64,000 bases of DNA, from assembly GCA_963745035.1 (NCBI GenBank), contig CAVUVW010000011.1:224001-288000 (forward strand), given 5' to 3'. The DNA is from an uncultured delta proteobacterium (GTDB taxonomy: Bacteria; Desulfobacterota; Binatia; UBA9968). A program made the translations under genes and the position numbers. Shown one piece after another: positions 63,099 to 64,000 of this stretch (position 1 is the first letter of the stretch; each line of letters opens with the position of its first letter). The notes beneath the pieces are model-generated. The model was given only the letters and a program-made list of their open reading frames with translations, was not told where the DNA came from and made no database searches.

Positions 63099-63488
63099 AT
63101 GAAGGCGTTGATGATTCTCGCGATCATACTCACCTGGCTGGTTTCCCTGCCAACCGCGGCGGCGGCCGGGCAAAGCCATGCGATCCTCCAGCCAAGTCGT
63201 ACCCCTGCCAATTCCTCACCCCACGGCGGGATCAAGCCGCACCGGCCGTTTCATCGGCGCGGCGCAATCCGCCATCCGACGATCGTTATTTTACCCAGTG
63301 CCGGTTTTTACTATGTGCCGCCGACCGTGGTCGTTACATCGCCGTATTTCTGTGTGTTTCACAACGAGGCTTTCGTCAGTCGGATCGGCATGATTGATCA
63401 TTTGTCGGGCATGCACGGCGTGCCGCTCACCACCGCCGCCTCGATCTGTCCGGACGCCAACGGCAACTGTATTTTCCCGTCTGATTAA
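63099..63488 (+). CDS. Secreted hypothetical protein with a zinc-finger-like CHHH motif
   Basis: RBS ggagg; signal peptide MKALMILAIILTW; YFCVFHNEAFVSRIGMIDHLSGMH. Confidence 0.65.
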   Translation: MKALMILAIILTWLVSLPTAAAAGQSHAILQPSRTPANSSPHGGIKPHRPFHRRGAIRHPTIVILPSAGFYYVPPTVVVTSPYFCVFHNEAFVSRIGMIDHLSGMHGVPLTTAASICPDANGNCIFPSD

Positions 63489-63593
63489 GTTTTTGTTGCC
63501 GTCCGCGTTCCGCCTCCCGCGCGGTTGTACTGTTTGCCTCGTGTGCTACCAATTGGAATCGTTTGCCTTTTGCTTTCCGGGACCGTTTGAGTC

Positions 63594-64000
63594 ATGGCGG
63601 AAAAAAGCTTCACGCCCGCGGAACTGTACGACACCTGGCCGGTGCTCTCCCTCGAGGAGCGGGTCGAAGGGTTTGAGTTTTTATCACGCGATGCGGCCGA
63701 CGACTTTTTTCTACAACTTGGCACGCGCGAACGGGCGCAGCTTTTGCTGGCGCTGCCGTCGGGTGAGCGGCGTCTGTGGATGCGCATGCTCGCTCCTGAT
63801 GATGCCGCCGACCTGATTCAGGAAGCTCCCAGTGAACAGCGCGAGAGTATTCTCGCGCTCCTCGACGATCCGGTCCGAAGAGAAATCAAGGGACTGCTCG
63901 ACTACGCCGAGGACGAAGCCGGTGGGTTGATGAACACGCGCTACTCCCGCCTGCGCGCCGACATGACCGTCGACGAGGCGATCAGCTATCTGCGCAGGGA
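63594..64000 (+). CDS. mgtE: Magnesium transporter MgtE, N-terminal part (runs off the window)
   Basis: Manual translation: LAPDDAADLIQE...LLDYAEDEAGGLMNTRY..LRADMTVDEAISYLR. Confidence 0.9.
   Translation, partial: MAEKSFTPAELYDTWPVLSLEERVEGFEFLSRDAADDFFLQLGTRERAQLLLALPSGERRLWMRMLAPDDAADLIQEAPSEQRESILALLDDPVRREIKGLLDYAEDEAGGLMNTRYSRLRADMTVDEAISYLRR

Overview
GC-rich bacterial chromosomal window with no rRNA, tRNA, CRISPR array, prophage or transposase. The gene content resembles Candidatus Binatia or related Deltaproteobacteria-like lineages (inference from the many orphan ABC substrate-binding proteins, amidohydrolases and MFS transporters). Many genes are split by single-base indels, most likely long-read assembly errors. 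Recognisable modules: a response regulator/adenylate cyclase operon; a thiol-redox cluster (tpx, a hidden UGA-recoded selenocysteine peroxiredoxin with a SECIS-like hairpin, and a CxxS glutaredoxin); an ActP-like solute symporter module; acs; ispF; a Rieske/split cytochrome b complex with an 8-heme cytochrome c and a cupredoxin-like partner; three GT87-like glycosyltransferases; livHMGF; rhomboid; and the start of mgtE. The most unusual signal is non-coding. A four-helix-bundle (23S rRNA IVS-protein-like) gene sits inside long heptamer-repeat inverted arms between two operon genes, and two gene-less copies of the same arms, both exactly 150 bp, lie nearby. Several other short-period repeat and REP-like hairpin families also sit just after stop codons.
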